DNA of 64,000 bases. Source: a virus. This document shows, one piece after another, positions 30,580 to 40,380 of this stretch. Every line of letters starts with the position of its first letter. Positions within the stretch are counted from its first letter, which is position 1. The stretch lies in IMG/VR virus record IMGVR_UViG_3300033182_000595, positions 1-64,000 of that record. One strand, given 5' to 3'. Made by a program: the position numbers and the translations under genes. Under the pieces are notes generated by a model. That model was given only the letters and a program-made list of their open reading frames with translations, had not been told where the DNA came from and made no database searches.

Positions 30580-30856
30580 CGTCTGATATCCTTTCTATGT
30601 CTTTTTCTTCTATACTATATTCGTGCGCTAGGTACTCCTTGGCTTCCTTCATGTCCTTGAGTGCTTTCCTCATGTCCTTGAAGTAGTCCTCTATCTGTTC
30701 GGGTGAGTCTGAGCATTCGATTGCTTCGCATGTGTCCTTAAACATCTCCTTGGCATCAAGGTATTGCTTGGCATGATCGTCTACATCTCGTCTGATATCA
30801 GCCCGTGAGGGCTCGGGTGGACTGTCCCACCCTGGTGGTTGTATTGCTAGGTTCAT
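30572..30856 (-). CDS. Hypothetical protein
   Basis: Overlapping start/stop with neighbours. Confidence 0.55.
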   Translation of the reverse strand: MNLAIQPPGWDSPPEPSRADIRRDVDDHAKQYLDAKEMFKDTCEAIECSDSPEQIEDYFKDMRKALKDMKEAKEYLAHEYSIEEKDIERISDDD

Positions 30857-31863
30857 GAAAATCTCTTCAATATCTCTGCCTTAATCATCTCAGGTACCTT
30901 ACCCAGTGCATTCTTCATGAAGTCGGTGAGCTTCTTGATCGCATCACCATGCTTACTGAGCTTAGCCTCGATCTCTGTCAGTCTCTCCTCAAGTGACTCA
31001 TCGGTAGCGGGACCGACTACACCACGAGCGAGATCCTCGATTGCCTCACGCAAACGAATGACAGGATGTGGCTCTTCCGGGTCAGATTGCCTATCCTTGG
31101 ATTGATTCTGCTTCAACTCATTGATGGTATCCTTGTACTCAGAGAGCTTGTCCCTGAACTCCTCGAAGTTCTTCTGAGCTAGCTTGATTGCATTCATCAA
31201 TGGAACAACAGGAGGAGTACCAACCTTCTCATTGTAGTGAACAAGTGCATCCAGTTGCCAATGCAGGGGATTGTCACCAATGCCAACTATGCTACGCTTG
31301 ATCGCTTCGATCTCTTCCTCCTCGCCAGTCTTAGTGAATGTCTGAGGACTTGCATCCAACGCAGGGGCAGTCTCTTTCTCCGTGTCAATGACCACACCTT
31401 CAACTGGTTGCTCAGCTTCTGGCTCGTCGTCCGTGATAGTCATATCCAAGTCGCCCACATCTTGATGCTCATCAATACCAGAATCAGAGCTTGGGGTAGG
31501 GGAGGATGACTTGGGCACACTGCTGACTTGATCGAACTCACCACTCTCTAGCCTGTCGATCCATCCTTGCATGGTCTTACACTTGATGTCCTGAAAGAAC
31601 TCCTGTCTCTCGGATGGCTCACGGGGTACATCAGCGGGCTTGTCCCCGTCCATTGGCCAGTGAGGATTTGGTGTACCATCATGTAGTCGTGGCTTGTTGA
31701 ACTTCTCACCCCCGAGGTCAGCCACATAGTATGTGAAGGTGAGACATGAGGGATCGAGAGCCTTGATACATTGGGTATTGAATGCGGTGATTGCCGCATC
31801 TCCCCCTCGTTCCTGTGTTCTCTTCTCCTGAATTAGTTTTTGTAGTTTATTAGACAATGACAT
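30853..31863 (-). CDS. Hypothetical acidic coiled-coil protein (start re-called at 31863)
   Basis: AAAGGAG RBS before the ATG at 31863; avoids a long overlap with the ATPase. Confidence 0.6.
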   Translation of the reverse strand: MSLSNKLQKLIQEKRTQERGGDAAITAFNTQCIKALDPSCLTFTYYVADLGGEKFNKPRLHDGTPNPHWPMDGDKPADVPREPSERQEFFQDIKCKTMQGWIDRLESGEFDQVSSVPKSSSPTPSSDSGIDEHQDVGDLDMTITDDEPEAEQPVEGVVIDTEKETAPALDASPQTFTKTGEEEEIEAIKRSIVGIGDNPLHWQLDALVHYNEKVGTPPVVPLMNAIKLAQKNFEEFRDKLSEYKDTINELKQNQSKDRQSDPEEPHPVIRLREAIEDLARGVVGPATDESLEERLTEIEAKLSKHGDAIKKLTDFMKNALGKVPEMIKAEILKRFS

Positions 31864-32548
31864 TTTGCTGTCTCCTTTGTTTGATTTTGTGAATAGTGAT
31901 TGCTTTTTGTACTTCCTTGAGTGTGTGCCGGATATCTCCGTTGCCATTCTTGGCACAAACAAGAGCCGCCTTGTGAGGGATCTTGCATAGTCGAACAAGC
32001 TCATTGGCTACTTCCTCCGTGGATAGAGTTTTGATCTCAAACCACATGAATCTGCTTGAGAACTTAGGTGTTAGGTGTTCGTCTTTCTCTGACTTGGACA
32101 TGGCATCCCACTCCTCCCGACGGCATGGCTTCTTGTTAGTGGTAACAATAACCAGGTAATCGGATGGTAGCTCGTCCTGTAGCCAATCATGTAGGCAGTC
32201 CTGTACATCACGATGGATGTTATCCACTTCATTGATGACAATCGCACGGCGAGTACCATGCATGGGTAACATGTGACTACTGTAGATCATCTCATCCACA
32301 ACAGACTGAGTGACCTTAGTACCCTTATGTACGAATACATTAGACTCATGGTCAGCGTACTTGTTAGCCGCGAATGTAGCTATAGTAGTCTTGCCTCTGC
32401 CCTCAGCACCATGAATTAGAAAACATCGCTCCCCCATTGGGTTACATGCTTCTTCGAGAATGCAGTCGTAGTGCTGTGCGGTTGTGTCACCGATGATTTC
32501 TTCTGGTGTGGACGGGCGCCATCTTGCCCAATTAGTATTGTTTTGCAT
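31850..32548 (-). CDS. AAA+ ATPase, clamp-loader-like
   Basis: RWRP N-terminus, GAEGRGKTT Walker A, INEVD Walker B variant, SRF arginine finger, GDIR sensor. Confidence 0.75.
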   Translation of the reverse strand: MQNNTNWARWRPSTPEEIIGDTTAQHYDCILEEACNPMGERCFLIHGAEGRGKTTIATFAANKYADHESNVFVHKGTKVTQSVVDEMIYSSHMLPMHGTRRAIVINEVDNIHRDVQDCLHDWLQDELPSDYLVIVTTNKKPCRREEWDAMSKSEKDEHLTPKFSSRFMWFEIKTLSTEEVANELVRLCKIPHKAALVCAKNGNGDIRHTLKEVQKAITIHKIKQRRQQNVIV

Positions 32549-32677
32549 CTGTTATTTTCTTCCTCCCATTGTTCAATGAATACTTCTTTGTTTAACTCCT
32601 CATCTGATTTGTCAGGTGGGGGTAAGTCCTCGTCTGCTCGTCTCATAGCATCCTTAACCATGTGCTGAACGAATACA

Positions 32678-33052
32678 TTAGGATCCCCAATCACCTGACT
32701 TATGTGCTTTAGCGCCATTGAGTTCCTCCTTTAGTCGTTCGTTCTCTGCCATAAGCTGGGCAATCTTCTCGTTGTACCTCTTTATCGTACCCTTATACAT
32801 TACCTTCTGGTCAGGTCTTACCTGCTGATTATCTACCCAGTAGACAATTTCTATAAGGTTGATGGTGAACAGGATCACATCGTTGTACCATATCTCCATA
32901 ATAGCCACATCGGGGAACCACTTCCTGATTAGAGCGAGTGCCGTGTGACCATGCTTACCCGAGAATGCCTGTGACTTCTGATGGAGAACCATCTCTGTCC
33001 TGTCTATGTCGTAGAACTTAGCGTGTAGCTTATTCCGTATGCCTTGTGTCAT
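32678..33052 (-). CDS. Hypothetical protein
   Basis: Operon packing. Confidence 0.5.
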   Translation of the reverse strand: MTQGIRNKLHAKFYDIDRTEMVLHQKSQAFSGKHGHTALALIRKWFPDVAIMEIWYNDVILFTINLIEIVYWVDNQQVRPDQKVMYKGTIKRYNEKIAQLMAENERLKEELNGAKAHKSGDWGS

Positions 33053-33723
33053 TTGAATCTATATTTAACCTCCATATCCATGTTTAGTGATTGCTTGCGT
33101 TGTAGCTTGTACTGAGCTGACGCATCCTTAACGACTACGCCCTCCCATATTCCTTTGCGGTCGCTATCCATGACATCGTTCATGAGCATGATCGCACTCT
33201 CGCTTGCATACATTTCCTTGTACATGGACACGACTGCCTCAGTCGTCCTGGCAACAGGGAATACAAACGCAGTAAGCGGATCCTTTATCGTATGACTACG
33301 CTCGATATCGTACCACTCATGTGTTGCACATAGAGCAAAGGACTCTCGGATCGAGCAATGCGGGTAGAATTGTTCATAGAGCTGTCTGCGTTCGTGATAG
33401 TTGCGATATCGGATACCCGACTCAGTAACATCAATGATTACAAACTTACCCTTGTTCTTACCGCAGTGCATATACTCCATATCCACCCAGTCCACATACT
33501 TAATGGGAGAGAGTAGGGTGCGTATCCTAGCCTTGTCCCCATCATCCATGTAGGTGTACTTCTGGCAGTGGCGATTGTAGAACTCCTTGGTATGACAGCA
33601 GTACAATACCCTGTGACCATCGAGCTTGGGTGTAGCAATCTCGGTAGATAGTAGCTTGAAATCCCGTGGCAACTCCCCCCCGCCCGTTGGACGAGAGGGA
33701 TAACCTACTGTTGAGACCATCAT
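33049..33723 (-). CDS. ATP-dependent ligase-type nucleotidyltransferase domain
   Basis: Motif I KLDGHR, DMEY, FVIIDV, EGVVVK, terminal K; no OB domain. Confidence 0.75.
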   Translation of the reverse strand: MMVSTVGYPSRPTGGGELPRDFKLLSTEIATPKLDGHRVLYCCHTKEFYNRHCQKYTYMDDGDKARIRTLLSPIKYVDWVDMEYMHCGKNKGKFVIIDVTESGIRYRNYHERRQLYEQFYPHCSIRESFALCATHEWYDIERSHTIKDPLTAFVFPVARTTEAVVSMYKEMYASESAIMLMNDVMDSDRKGIWEGVVVKDASAQYKLQRKQSLNMDMEVKYRFK

Positions 33724-34442
33724 CTACCGAAAGCCATGGTCATAGGGACCAGGTCATTGAGTTTTTGATCTTGTTCTACGGTCAGCTTGGTGCCACGAGC
33801 CTCATGGAACGCTGAGTTTGGTTGATTGTATATCTTCCATGTGATGACATCGAACTTACGATTCCCATCCGCATCGGGCGGGCATACATAGTCGTTGATC
33901 TCATCAAGGAGACTACACACAGGATCTTCCTTCTCCGTGGGAACAAGAGAGAAATCCACCGATGCCTCGATATGTGTAGTAATATAAGCATCAACGAACT
34001 CCTGTCCGACAATCTCAACCACTTCCTCAAGGGTATTGTCATCGAACTTCCCGTATCCATCCTCCTTTACATTAACTGTAACAGTATGCTCAATGGGCAC
34101 ACTAATTACATCACCGATATCCAGAGCCTTACCAGTATCCACATCCTCCTGTGTAGCTTTACGCTTAACAGTTAGATTAGCAGTGTACTTGAATTGCTTG
34201 GGTCTGTTCGCACTACGATCTTGTAGTAGGGTAGTGGAGATCTTCTTGTACAACCTCCGAGCCCGTCCAAATAGACCCTCGCCTTTCTTCTTCAGCTCTC
34301 TGCCTTGGTAGTGGCACTTAACCAGATCGTGTATATCTGTATCGCCCTGTACCGTGACACATTGTATGCGACTTCCCGAGGATGTTTCTTCCTTGGGTTT
34401 AGTCTCTTTCTGTTGTTGTCTTCTTTGTGCTAGCTTAGACAT
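33720..34442 (-). CDS. Hypothetical protein
   Basis: 240-aa ORF, stop overlaps the next start. Confidence 0.6.
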   Translation of the reverse strand: MSKLAQRRQQQKETKPKEETSSGSRIQCVTVQGDTDIHDLVKCHYQGRELKKKGEGLFGRARRLYKKISTTLLQDRSANRPKQFKYTANLTVKRKATQEDVDTGKALDIGDVISVPIEHTVTVNVKEDGYGKFDDNTLEEVVEIVGQEFVDAYITTHIEASVDFSLVPTEKEDPVCSLLDEINDYVCPPDADGNRKFDVITWKIYNQPNSAFHEARGTKLTVEQDQKLNDLVPMTMAFGR

Positions 34443-34445
34443 AAA

Positions 34446-34862
34446 TTATTCCTCGATCTCACATACCCACTCATCACCAGACATGTTGAGTGCTTGGAGT
34501 AGATCATCCACGGTATCGAATGTGTAGTTACCATCCGTCCATCCGTTTATCTCTCCAGTCACAGGCTCCCATACCTTCCTGACCATAACTGAATCCTCTG
34601 GGTTCTGTATGACCTTGGTCATGTGCTTGTTCTCTATGAATGAGAATGTGAAGGATGGGCGGATGTCCTTTCCTTGAATTATGGCGTGCAGTTCCGTGAT
34701 AGTCGGCTTTACACACACCTTGGCGTAACCGGGATTACTGAAATATATACACGATCTATAATCACCAGGTACGTCATTTATATCCACATGGGATATGTGT
34801 GCGGTATTGATTAACTTCTTACCATAGTTGGTATCTACAATTATGAATCTATCTTTCTTCAT
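34446..34862 (-). CDS. Hypothetical protein (FlbD-like N-terminus)
   Basis: LINTAHISHV beta motif. Confidence 0.5.
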   Translation of the reverse strand: MKKDRFIIVDTNYGKKLINTAHISHVDINDVPGDYRSCIYFSNPGYAKVCVKPTITELHAIIQGKDIRPSFTFSFIENKHMTKVIQNPEDSVMVRKVWEPVTGEINGWTDGNYTFDTVDDLLQALNMSGDEWVCEIEE

Positions 34863-35115
34863 AGGGTGCTGTTGTCCTTTCTAGGTTTTTGATCTTTTGC
34901 TTGAGTCGCTCCATCTCAGCCAAGCAATCATAGCCTACATTGAGTTCTTGGTTACCGATGCGAGCTATCGTGGTCTTGAGGGATTCATCGACGGTTACCC
35001 ATGACTCATCTACGAGTGCTATGCATGTCCCTTTCTCGGTCCCATGGACATGGAGTATATTATCTGGGTTGATGAACCACTCATCTCCACCCACATGGAA
35101 TTGTACTAGCCTCAT
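34849..35115 (-). CDS. Hypothetical protein (FlbD-like)
   Basis: FINPDNILHV..T.I.L....V.ES pattern. Confidence 0.55.
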   Translation of the reverse strand: MRLVQFHVGGDEWFINPDNILHVHGTEKGTCIALVDESWVTVDESLKTTIARIGNQELNVGYDCLAEMERLKQKIKNLERTTAPYEER

Positions 35116-35519
35116 TGTGCTACCTCCCCTGTTCTGAATCTTTTTCTCATCTCGTCATTGAATACCTGGTCGATATCCTCCTTGTTGTATCCATCGCCAT
35201 AACCCTTGAGCTTTTCGACGGTGTCCTCTGTGTTGTTAGTGTAGAAAGCCTCGTGGTTCTCCAGCTCACGCATGATAATATCTATACGCCCGTGGTCTTT
35301 CTTATCCTCCTCGATGCCTTGCTCCATGATCTTTGCCCATTCGTCCACGAAGTGCTTAGCTTTGTCAGACTCAACAAATAGTCCGGCTCCGAGACCGACA
35401 TACTTCTTGCCGTCCACTAGCTTCTCTTTCATCTGATGGGTATTGAATGCAAAGAATGCACCGCACTCCTCCATCAGCTTCTCCTGTTTAGCCTCACAAT
35501 AATCCATTAAGTACTTCAT
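35112..35519 (-). CDS. Phage hypothetical protein
   Basis: GAFFAFN..Q and ELENHE motifs; operon packing. Confidence 0.6.
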   Translation of the reverse strand: MKYLMDYCEAKQEKLMEECGAFFAFNTHQMKEKLVDGKKYVGLGAGLFVESDKAKHFVDEWAKIMEQGIEEDKKDHGRIDIIMRELENHEAFYTNNTEDTVEKLKGYGDGYNKEDIDQVFNDEMRKRFRTGEVAQ

Positions 35520-35803
35520 AGTATTGTTGTCTCCCTTGCTTTCTTTAGCTTGATTAAGTGGGCACGACAGAGTGCGAGTATGAACTCGTTGATCTCATCG
35601 TCGTACCGATTGCGTATGAATGTCGGGATATCCGTCATCTCGATATTGCCCGTGAGCGACTTCACCTTGCCCAGTAGATCCATCAGATCCAGTACGAGCG
35701 TAGCGTTGTCCAATGAGAGGTTCTGTTCCTTGACCTCCCGTTTCACATCCTCATTTAGATACCACATTCCAGTCATAGTGCCTCCTTGTTTGTTATTATC
35801 CAT
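35516..35803 (-). CDS. Hypothetical protein
   Basis: Operon packing. Confidence 0.5.
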   Translation of the reverse strand: MDNNKQGGTMTGMWYLNEDVKREVKEQNLSLDNATLVLDLMDLLGKVKSLTGNIEMTDIPTFIRNRYDDEINEFILALCRAHLIKLKKARETTIL

Positions 35804-35985
35804 GTACCCACGGTCTGATCATCCACGATGATTGAACCATGTGCGTGTCCATCCCGTATGTGTACTGCGGCTTGCTCGATAGCGTCTGCCATCTTCTTGC
35901 GTACACCAGTATGGAAGTGGATAGGTCGCCCGCTAGTAGTCACGGGTTTGGGTTCCATTCTTACATTTAGTTCTAGCTTAATCAT
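35773..35985 (-). CDS. Hypothetical protein (start re-called at 35985)
   Basis: ATG directly after an operator site; loosely resembles the N-terminus of 23465-23902. Confidence 0.45.
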   Translation of the reverse strand: MIKLELNVRMEPKPVTTSGRPIHFHTGVRKKMADAIEQAAVHIRDGHAHGSIIVDDQTVGTWIITNKEAL

Positions 35986-35986
35986 A

Positions 35987-36009
35987 GTCACACGAAAATT
36001 AGTGTTACG
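35987..36009 (-). promoter_or_regulatory. Operator site
   Basis: Minus strand reads CGTAACAC TAATTTTCG TGTGAC. Confidence 0.6.
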
Positions 36010-36484
36010 ATACACGCAAACGATAGCCAGCATTGGCAAGCGCAATCTCAAGCTCCTCATCCACGGACACGAGTCCGAGAGGTGCTTTGGGTGATGCGTG
36101 ATAGTAGCCACCCTGGACATGATCCTGCATCCGCTTGACTGGTTTACCCTTACGGCTCACCGCATCGACCAGTCCACGATTGCGTCCCTTGATCCGGGTC
36201 ATGTGCTTATGCTTGATCCGTCTGACCATAGTCTCCTTGAACCATGCGACAGCCCGTAGTGCGAATGATGTACCAGTCATTGACCTAGCCTCGGGCACGA
36301 ACTGATTCACCTGACTAGCGAGCCATTGACTGACCTTGACTGACCCATCTGGGTACACCTGAAACTCACGATCTATCCTGAGTCGGCGCGGTGCTTTAGC
36401 TGGGAACGCTACGTACATGTCATTACTATATTGTGGTATGGATTGTTTCATTACATTATCCTCCTTGTTGTTGTTAGTGTCCAT
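36005..36484 (-). CDS. Hypothetical protein
   Basis: Operon packing; AAGGAGG RBS before an internal Met. Confidence 0.55.
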   Translation of the reverse strand: MDTNNNKEDNVMKQSIPQYSNDMYVAFPAKAPRRLRIDREFQVYPDGSVKVSQWLASQVNQFVPEARSMTGTSFALRAVAWFKETMVRRIKHKHMTRIKGRNRGLVDAVSRKGKPVKRMQDHVQGGYYHASPKAPLGLVSVDEELEIALANAGYRLRVS

Positions 36485-36530
36485 ACACGGACATCAGTTA
36501 GTGAGCTTGTGAAGACATTTTGTGATAAAT

Positions 36531-37214
36531 TCATGTGCATGTCCTCCATCCTTTGTCATCATGCAAGAGACCACCATTGTGAGAGAATACATAACCCATG
36601 CGTTCTTCTTCGGGTAGTTCCATGTTCTTAGTGTAGTCATAAGGCATCATGAACTTCTTAGTGATCTCCCAATTTATACCAGGATATGGATACCATGCAG
36701 TCGCAGACTCATGATAACGATTGTGAGACCATTTAGTAACAGCCTCCTTCGTATCTAAATGACGGCGAAGTACATACCGTTGGAACGCAAAATCATAACG
36801 ATCATCACGCGTAAGGTAGTACACAATATCTCTCTCCCGTTGTGAGTGCCACACTTGGAATGTATTAAGCAAGCTATGAGTATGATCCCATGGCAAGCCA
36901 CGACCTCTTCCATTAGGTGGGTCATCCTCTCCCCAGCCCGCGCCATTAAGTACAGCTTCAGAGATACCGGTCATTATTAGTTTAGCACCCTCGTCCAAGA
37001 ATATATTGGTGTATGGACTAAGTGTTGAGTCATACGCATACAAGCCACGAGCATGATTCTCGAACCATTTCCTTCTGCTCGTCTCGTCAGCTAGTGCGAC
37101 CTTTTCCATTACTGCTTCACTCATTGGTTCAGATGCTCCTAGCTTCTGCGATTGCCATACCAATAGAGGTACCAAACGCTTTAGTGCGTCTGTTACCTCT
37201 GACCTCCACCTCAA
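36531..37214 (-). CDS. Hypothetical protein (likely start near 37124)
   Basis: Long minus-strand ORF. Confidence 0.55.
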   Translation of the reverse strand: MRWRSEVTDALKRLVPLLVWQSQKLGASEPMSEAVMEKVALADETSRRKWFENHARGLYAYDSTLSPYTNIFLDEGAKLIMTGISEAVLNGAGWGEDDPPNGRGRGLPWDHTHSLLNTFQVWHSQRERDIVYYLTRDDRYDFAFQRYVLRRHLDTKEAVTKWSHNRYHESATAWYPYPGINWEITKKFMMPYDYTKNMELPEEERMGYVFSHNGGLLHDDKGWRTCT

Positions 37215-37517
37215 TGCAAGGCTGAGCCTTGCGTGGTTTGCGTTGTTTGTTCACACGACGCTCAACAGCGAGCTTCATGCGGTTTTTAGCTTTTGATTTA
37301 CTCATAGCTTGGGGTCTCCAGCCCCTATGTTGTTATTTGTTAGCACCCTATTACCACTCGCCTGTGTGGAGGTAGTGGTATCATTTAGTGTTCAATTCTG
37401 AATCGGGAGTGTCCGCGGGGGCATATATAGTACTCACCCATAAAGCAATACACATAAGCACACCCGGTCCCCAAAGGATAGCCAGAGCCTCCAACATTAT
37501 CCTATCTGCATCAGTCA

Positions 37518-37823
37518 TCACTCATGCCCTCCACTCAATGAAGGAGATACAGGCTCCATATCGCTACGCCTTGCCATCTCATCTCGATACTCCCACTCCT
37601 TGATGATCTCCACACCTTTGAGTGTCCACCCACGAACAATAGGTCTCTCGCCCTGGTTCACGAACCTCTTCGAGCCTATGTTATTCTGCCAGCTCCAATA
37701 GTTCTCACCATCATAGTAGAATGCACATAGATCATTCCAGTGCCCAAACAGCTCGCCCTTCTTGCCATTAGGTAAGTCTACCTCCTTACGATATCTTTCA
37801 TTCCATGCTTTATTAAACATCAT
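37518..37823 (-). CDS. Hypothetical protein
   Basis: GGAGG RBS; operon packing. Confidence 0.55.
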   Translation of the reverse strand: MMFNKAWNERYRKEVDLPNGKKGELFGHWNDLCAFYYDGENYWSWQNNIGSKRFVNQGERPIVRGWTLKGVEIIKEWEYRDEMARRSDMEPVSPSLSGGHE

Positions 37824-38055
37824 TCACCTCCGTTAGTTTTAGTAGTTGATTATTAAGGTCATCCAGACTGACGATAGCCTGACGAATCCTCCCCCCCCAA
37901 ATAAAGGAACGAGTATTCTGTGAAGCCCGTCCGATTGCCTTACTAATGTTTTCCTTGAGAGTGTTCACCTCATCAAGGTGGATTCTTTTCTGCATCCTAA
38001 GCTCATTCTCATACCATTTTATGGTTTCCTCTTTAGTCATGTTTGCATCACTCAT
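37813..38055 (-). CDS. Hypothetical protein
   Basis: AGGAGG RBS; operon packing. Confidence 0.55.
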   Translation of the reverse strand: MSDANMTKEETIKWYENELRMQKRIHLDEVNTLKENISKAIGRASQNTRSFIWGGRIRQAIVSLDDLNNQLLKLTEVNDV

Positions 38056-38066
38056 TGTTTATCCTC

Positions 38067-38345
38067 CTATACGTTGTAATGATCACATGTTGATTGCTTC
38101 ACCCAGATCTGCTTACCTTGCTCTAGGTGTGTCTTAATAAAATTGTATGCTTCTGCATTGCCTTTCCGGTACAGATCAAAACCTCCTTTGGGGCACCAAG
38201 AGTGCATCATCCATTCATCCACCTTTTCCCCCAAGTACCTGATGGTATTGAATGCAGTACTAGCGTGCCAGTCCTTGAACCCTAGTACGATAGTTTCCTT
38301 CTCGCCTTGCTTGAGAAGTATTTTGAGTGCTTTGAATAGTGTCAT
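38067..38345 (-). CDS. Hypothetical protein
   Basis: AAGGA RBS. Confidence 0.55.
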   Translation of the reverse strand: MTLFKALKILLKQGEKETIVLGFKDWHASTAFNTIRYLGEKVDEWMMHSWCPKGGFDLYRKGNAEAYNFIKTHLEQGKQIWVKQSTCDHYNV

Positions 38346-38408
38346 TATTTATCCTTTTATTTATTTAGTGAAATGCGCGCGTGATAGTCATCTGTGATAG
38401 TCGCTTCC

Positions 38409-38885
38409 TTAACCCGTAGGGAACGTCTGATTGTTTGATGCACGCTTTACTTTACGCTTAACCAACCCGAAGGTAACCCTCGCCCTAACCCCAGGCGTAT
38501 GCTTTCCTTCAGTCTCATGCTCAGCTGATCGTGTGTTTGTATCCTCGCCCGTGATTGATGCTATGCTTGCCTCGCCTAAGTGTTTGATCCGTGGTGGTGT
38601 GGCTAATTGCTTGCGACGCAACTCAATACACATACTAGCAAACTCCATTGGCTTGAGATTGCTGAAGGGTAGCGAATTATCTGCACCATTGGCTGATATG
38701 TTGGCACGAGCTAAGCCATACTTAGCACGATTGCCACGGCAATGCGGATACATACCATACACATCCTTGCGGTCATATGGTAGATAGAATCGACTATTAC
38801 ATTTGTAACTCATTATCGTAGTCGTTTGTAGGCTTGCATCACAGCGGGGTGCATATGTGCCTCGTACAAGAATAGATCCGTGCAA
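38409..38885 (-). CDS. Basic hypothetical protein
   Basis: Minus-strand ORF; start uncertain. Confidence 0.45.
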   Translation of the reverse strand: MHGSILVRGTYAPRCDASLQTTTIMSYKCNSRFYLPYDRKDVYGMYPHCRGNRAKYGLARANISANGADNSLPFSNLKPMEFASMCIELRRKQLATPPRIKHLGEASIASITGEDTNTRSAEHETEGKHTPGVRARVTFGLVKRKVKRASNNQTFPTG

Positions 38886-39109
38886 AGTGGATCATGGTCA
38901 TTACCGATCACAACTTTATCAACCAAGTCATAGGCTATGATGAACATACGATGTATGATGTTTGATGAGTCGAACCACATAGGACGGCTCAACTTGTCAG
39001 CGTGCTTAGTACGCTTAGGTTTGGTAGTGGTTTTACGATATGATTTAGAACGCTTAGTCTCAACACTACCATTGAAACTACGCATCCTGTTAGTAGGACG
39101 ATGTTGCAT
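38813..39109 (-). CDS. Basic hypothetical protein
   Basis: Minus-strand ORF. Confidence 0.45.
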   Translation of the reverse strand: MQHRPTNRMRSFNGSVETKRSKSYRKTTTKPKRTKHADKLSRPMWFDSSNIIHRMFIIAYDLVDKVVIGNDHDPLCTDLFLYEAHMHPAVMQAYKRLR

Positions 39110-39135
39110 AGTATTAGTGGGTTAGTATGAAACAA

Positions 39136-39162
39136 CGCACCACCCAACGAGTGGGTGATGCG
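39136..39162 (-). terminator. Hairpin (terminator or RNA processing site) after the first early gene
   Basis: Minus strand CGCATCACCCA-CTCGT-TGGGTGGTGCG followed by TTGTTT. Confidence 0.5.
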
Positions 39163-39181
39163 AACGCTCTAAGCCTAATTC

Positions 39182-39769
39182 CTATTTAGAGTCGCTCAGA
39201 CGACTACGCTTTTCAGCGATTTGTTTTTGAAGATCAGCAAAGGTAAGAGCTTCGCCCTCTTCACCCTCGTTGCAACGAGCGTGGATCTTAACCGAGTGAC
39301 CACCGGACTTTAAGGCACGGACATCGCAAGTTGTGACCACCGCTTTCTTATTCTTGACGGCATCAGTAAGGATCGTCACCGCATCCCCGACATTCTCGAG
39401 ATTGCGTTGCTCCTTTTGCTTGCGTGCTTTACGCTTCAGTTCAAGCCAACCTTCATCAGTGGGGAATGAAAACAAGGATAAATCCCAAGGGTTACCCATT
39501 TTGAGAACCTCGTCGTGGTAGCGTTGCAAGCTCAATCCGTAGGACATCGCGTTAAGGTAAGCCATTTTAAGCTCCTTAGGTGCTGGTTCTTTGACGGACT
39601 CGTTAAGAACCTTGCGTTCGATGTTAAGAGTTGCGATTGATTGCTCAATCTCGGCTACCCTTGAACCTGTGGCAACTAGCTTTTCAGCTATCGCAAGATC
39701 CTGTTCGTTCACGCTTGAGTTGATTTGATCTTGTACAAGATCTTGATACTTCTTTGATGTAATAATCAT
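39182..39769 (-). CDS. First gene of the leftward operon, hypothetical (start re-called at 39769)
   Basis: AAAGGAG RBS upstream of the ATG at 39769. Confidence 0.65.
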   Translation of the reverse strand: MIITSKKYQDLVQDQINSSVNEQDLAIAEKLVATGSRVAEIEQSIATLNIERKVLNESVKEPAPKELKMAYLNAMSYGLSLQRYHDEVLKMGNPWDLSLFSFPTDEGWLELKRKARKQKEQRNLENVGDAVTILTDAVKNKKAVVTTCDVRALKSGGHSVKIHARCNEGEEGEALTFADLQKQIAEKRSRLSDSK

Positions 39770-39789
39770 AATAATACTCCTTTGTTGAG

Positions 39790-40335
39790 TTGTTAATAAT
39801 GTTGAAACATCGCTTTGGCTGATCGTACTAGGGAGTGACCCTATGCACCTTCTTGGATATTCGCTGACCACCTCAGTATGAACCTCTCGTTCAGCTCGGC
39901 TTGAAAGTATCAAATTGTCACGCTTGCCTAATGATACAGACTATAAGTTCCGTTCGATTTTATAATGTAGAGACATCTTTCTCCCACCACTCACTTTTCA
40001 TCAACTACTCCCCGAAGGGTAACGCTGAAAGTGTGATCTGTACTCAATCTCTTAACCTTATCGCTAACTAGCTTTTGCTTAGCACTAGGGGTCACGCCCA
40101 CTAGCTAACGCTTCGATTGCAAGATTGGATCAGCGGTGTTTGAGTGTGGCATAGAGTCATTGGCTTGCCATCCTTTGCGGTTATTTAATCATTGGTATTA
40201 CTTTCTCTTTACGCTTAGCCTATTGTTTCCGTGGTGTTGTTTCCCTAGGTTAGCCTTTGTTAAGACGGGCAAACTCTCTCTGTGAGGATTGAGCAAAGCC
40301 TATCGGTTCTTCCTCTCCTGTGAGGGAGAGGGATG
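39790..40335 (-). ncRNA. Candidate structured non-coding RNA or long structured leader
   Basis: About 550 nt without a credible ORF; multiple stems, including a C-UUCG-G tetraloop and two hairpins with complementary loops. Confidence 0.4.
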
Positions 40336-40380
40336 GGTGAAAATATTTAGACAGAAGTGTCATACCAAAGCAAACTACTC

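Noticed and set aside
39780-40340. Hammerhead ribozyme or group I intron in the non-coding region
   Set aside because: No CUGANGA/GAAA core in the correct stem context and no recognisable intron core by eye; kept only as an unknown structured RNA candidate
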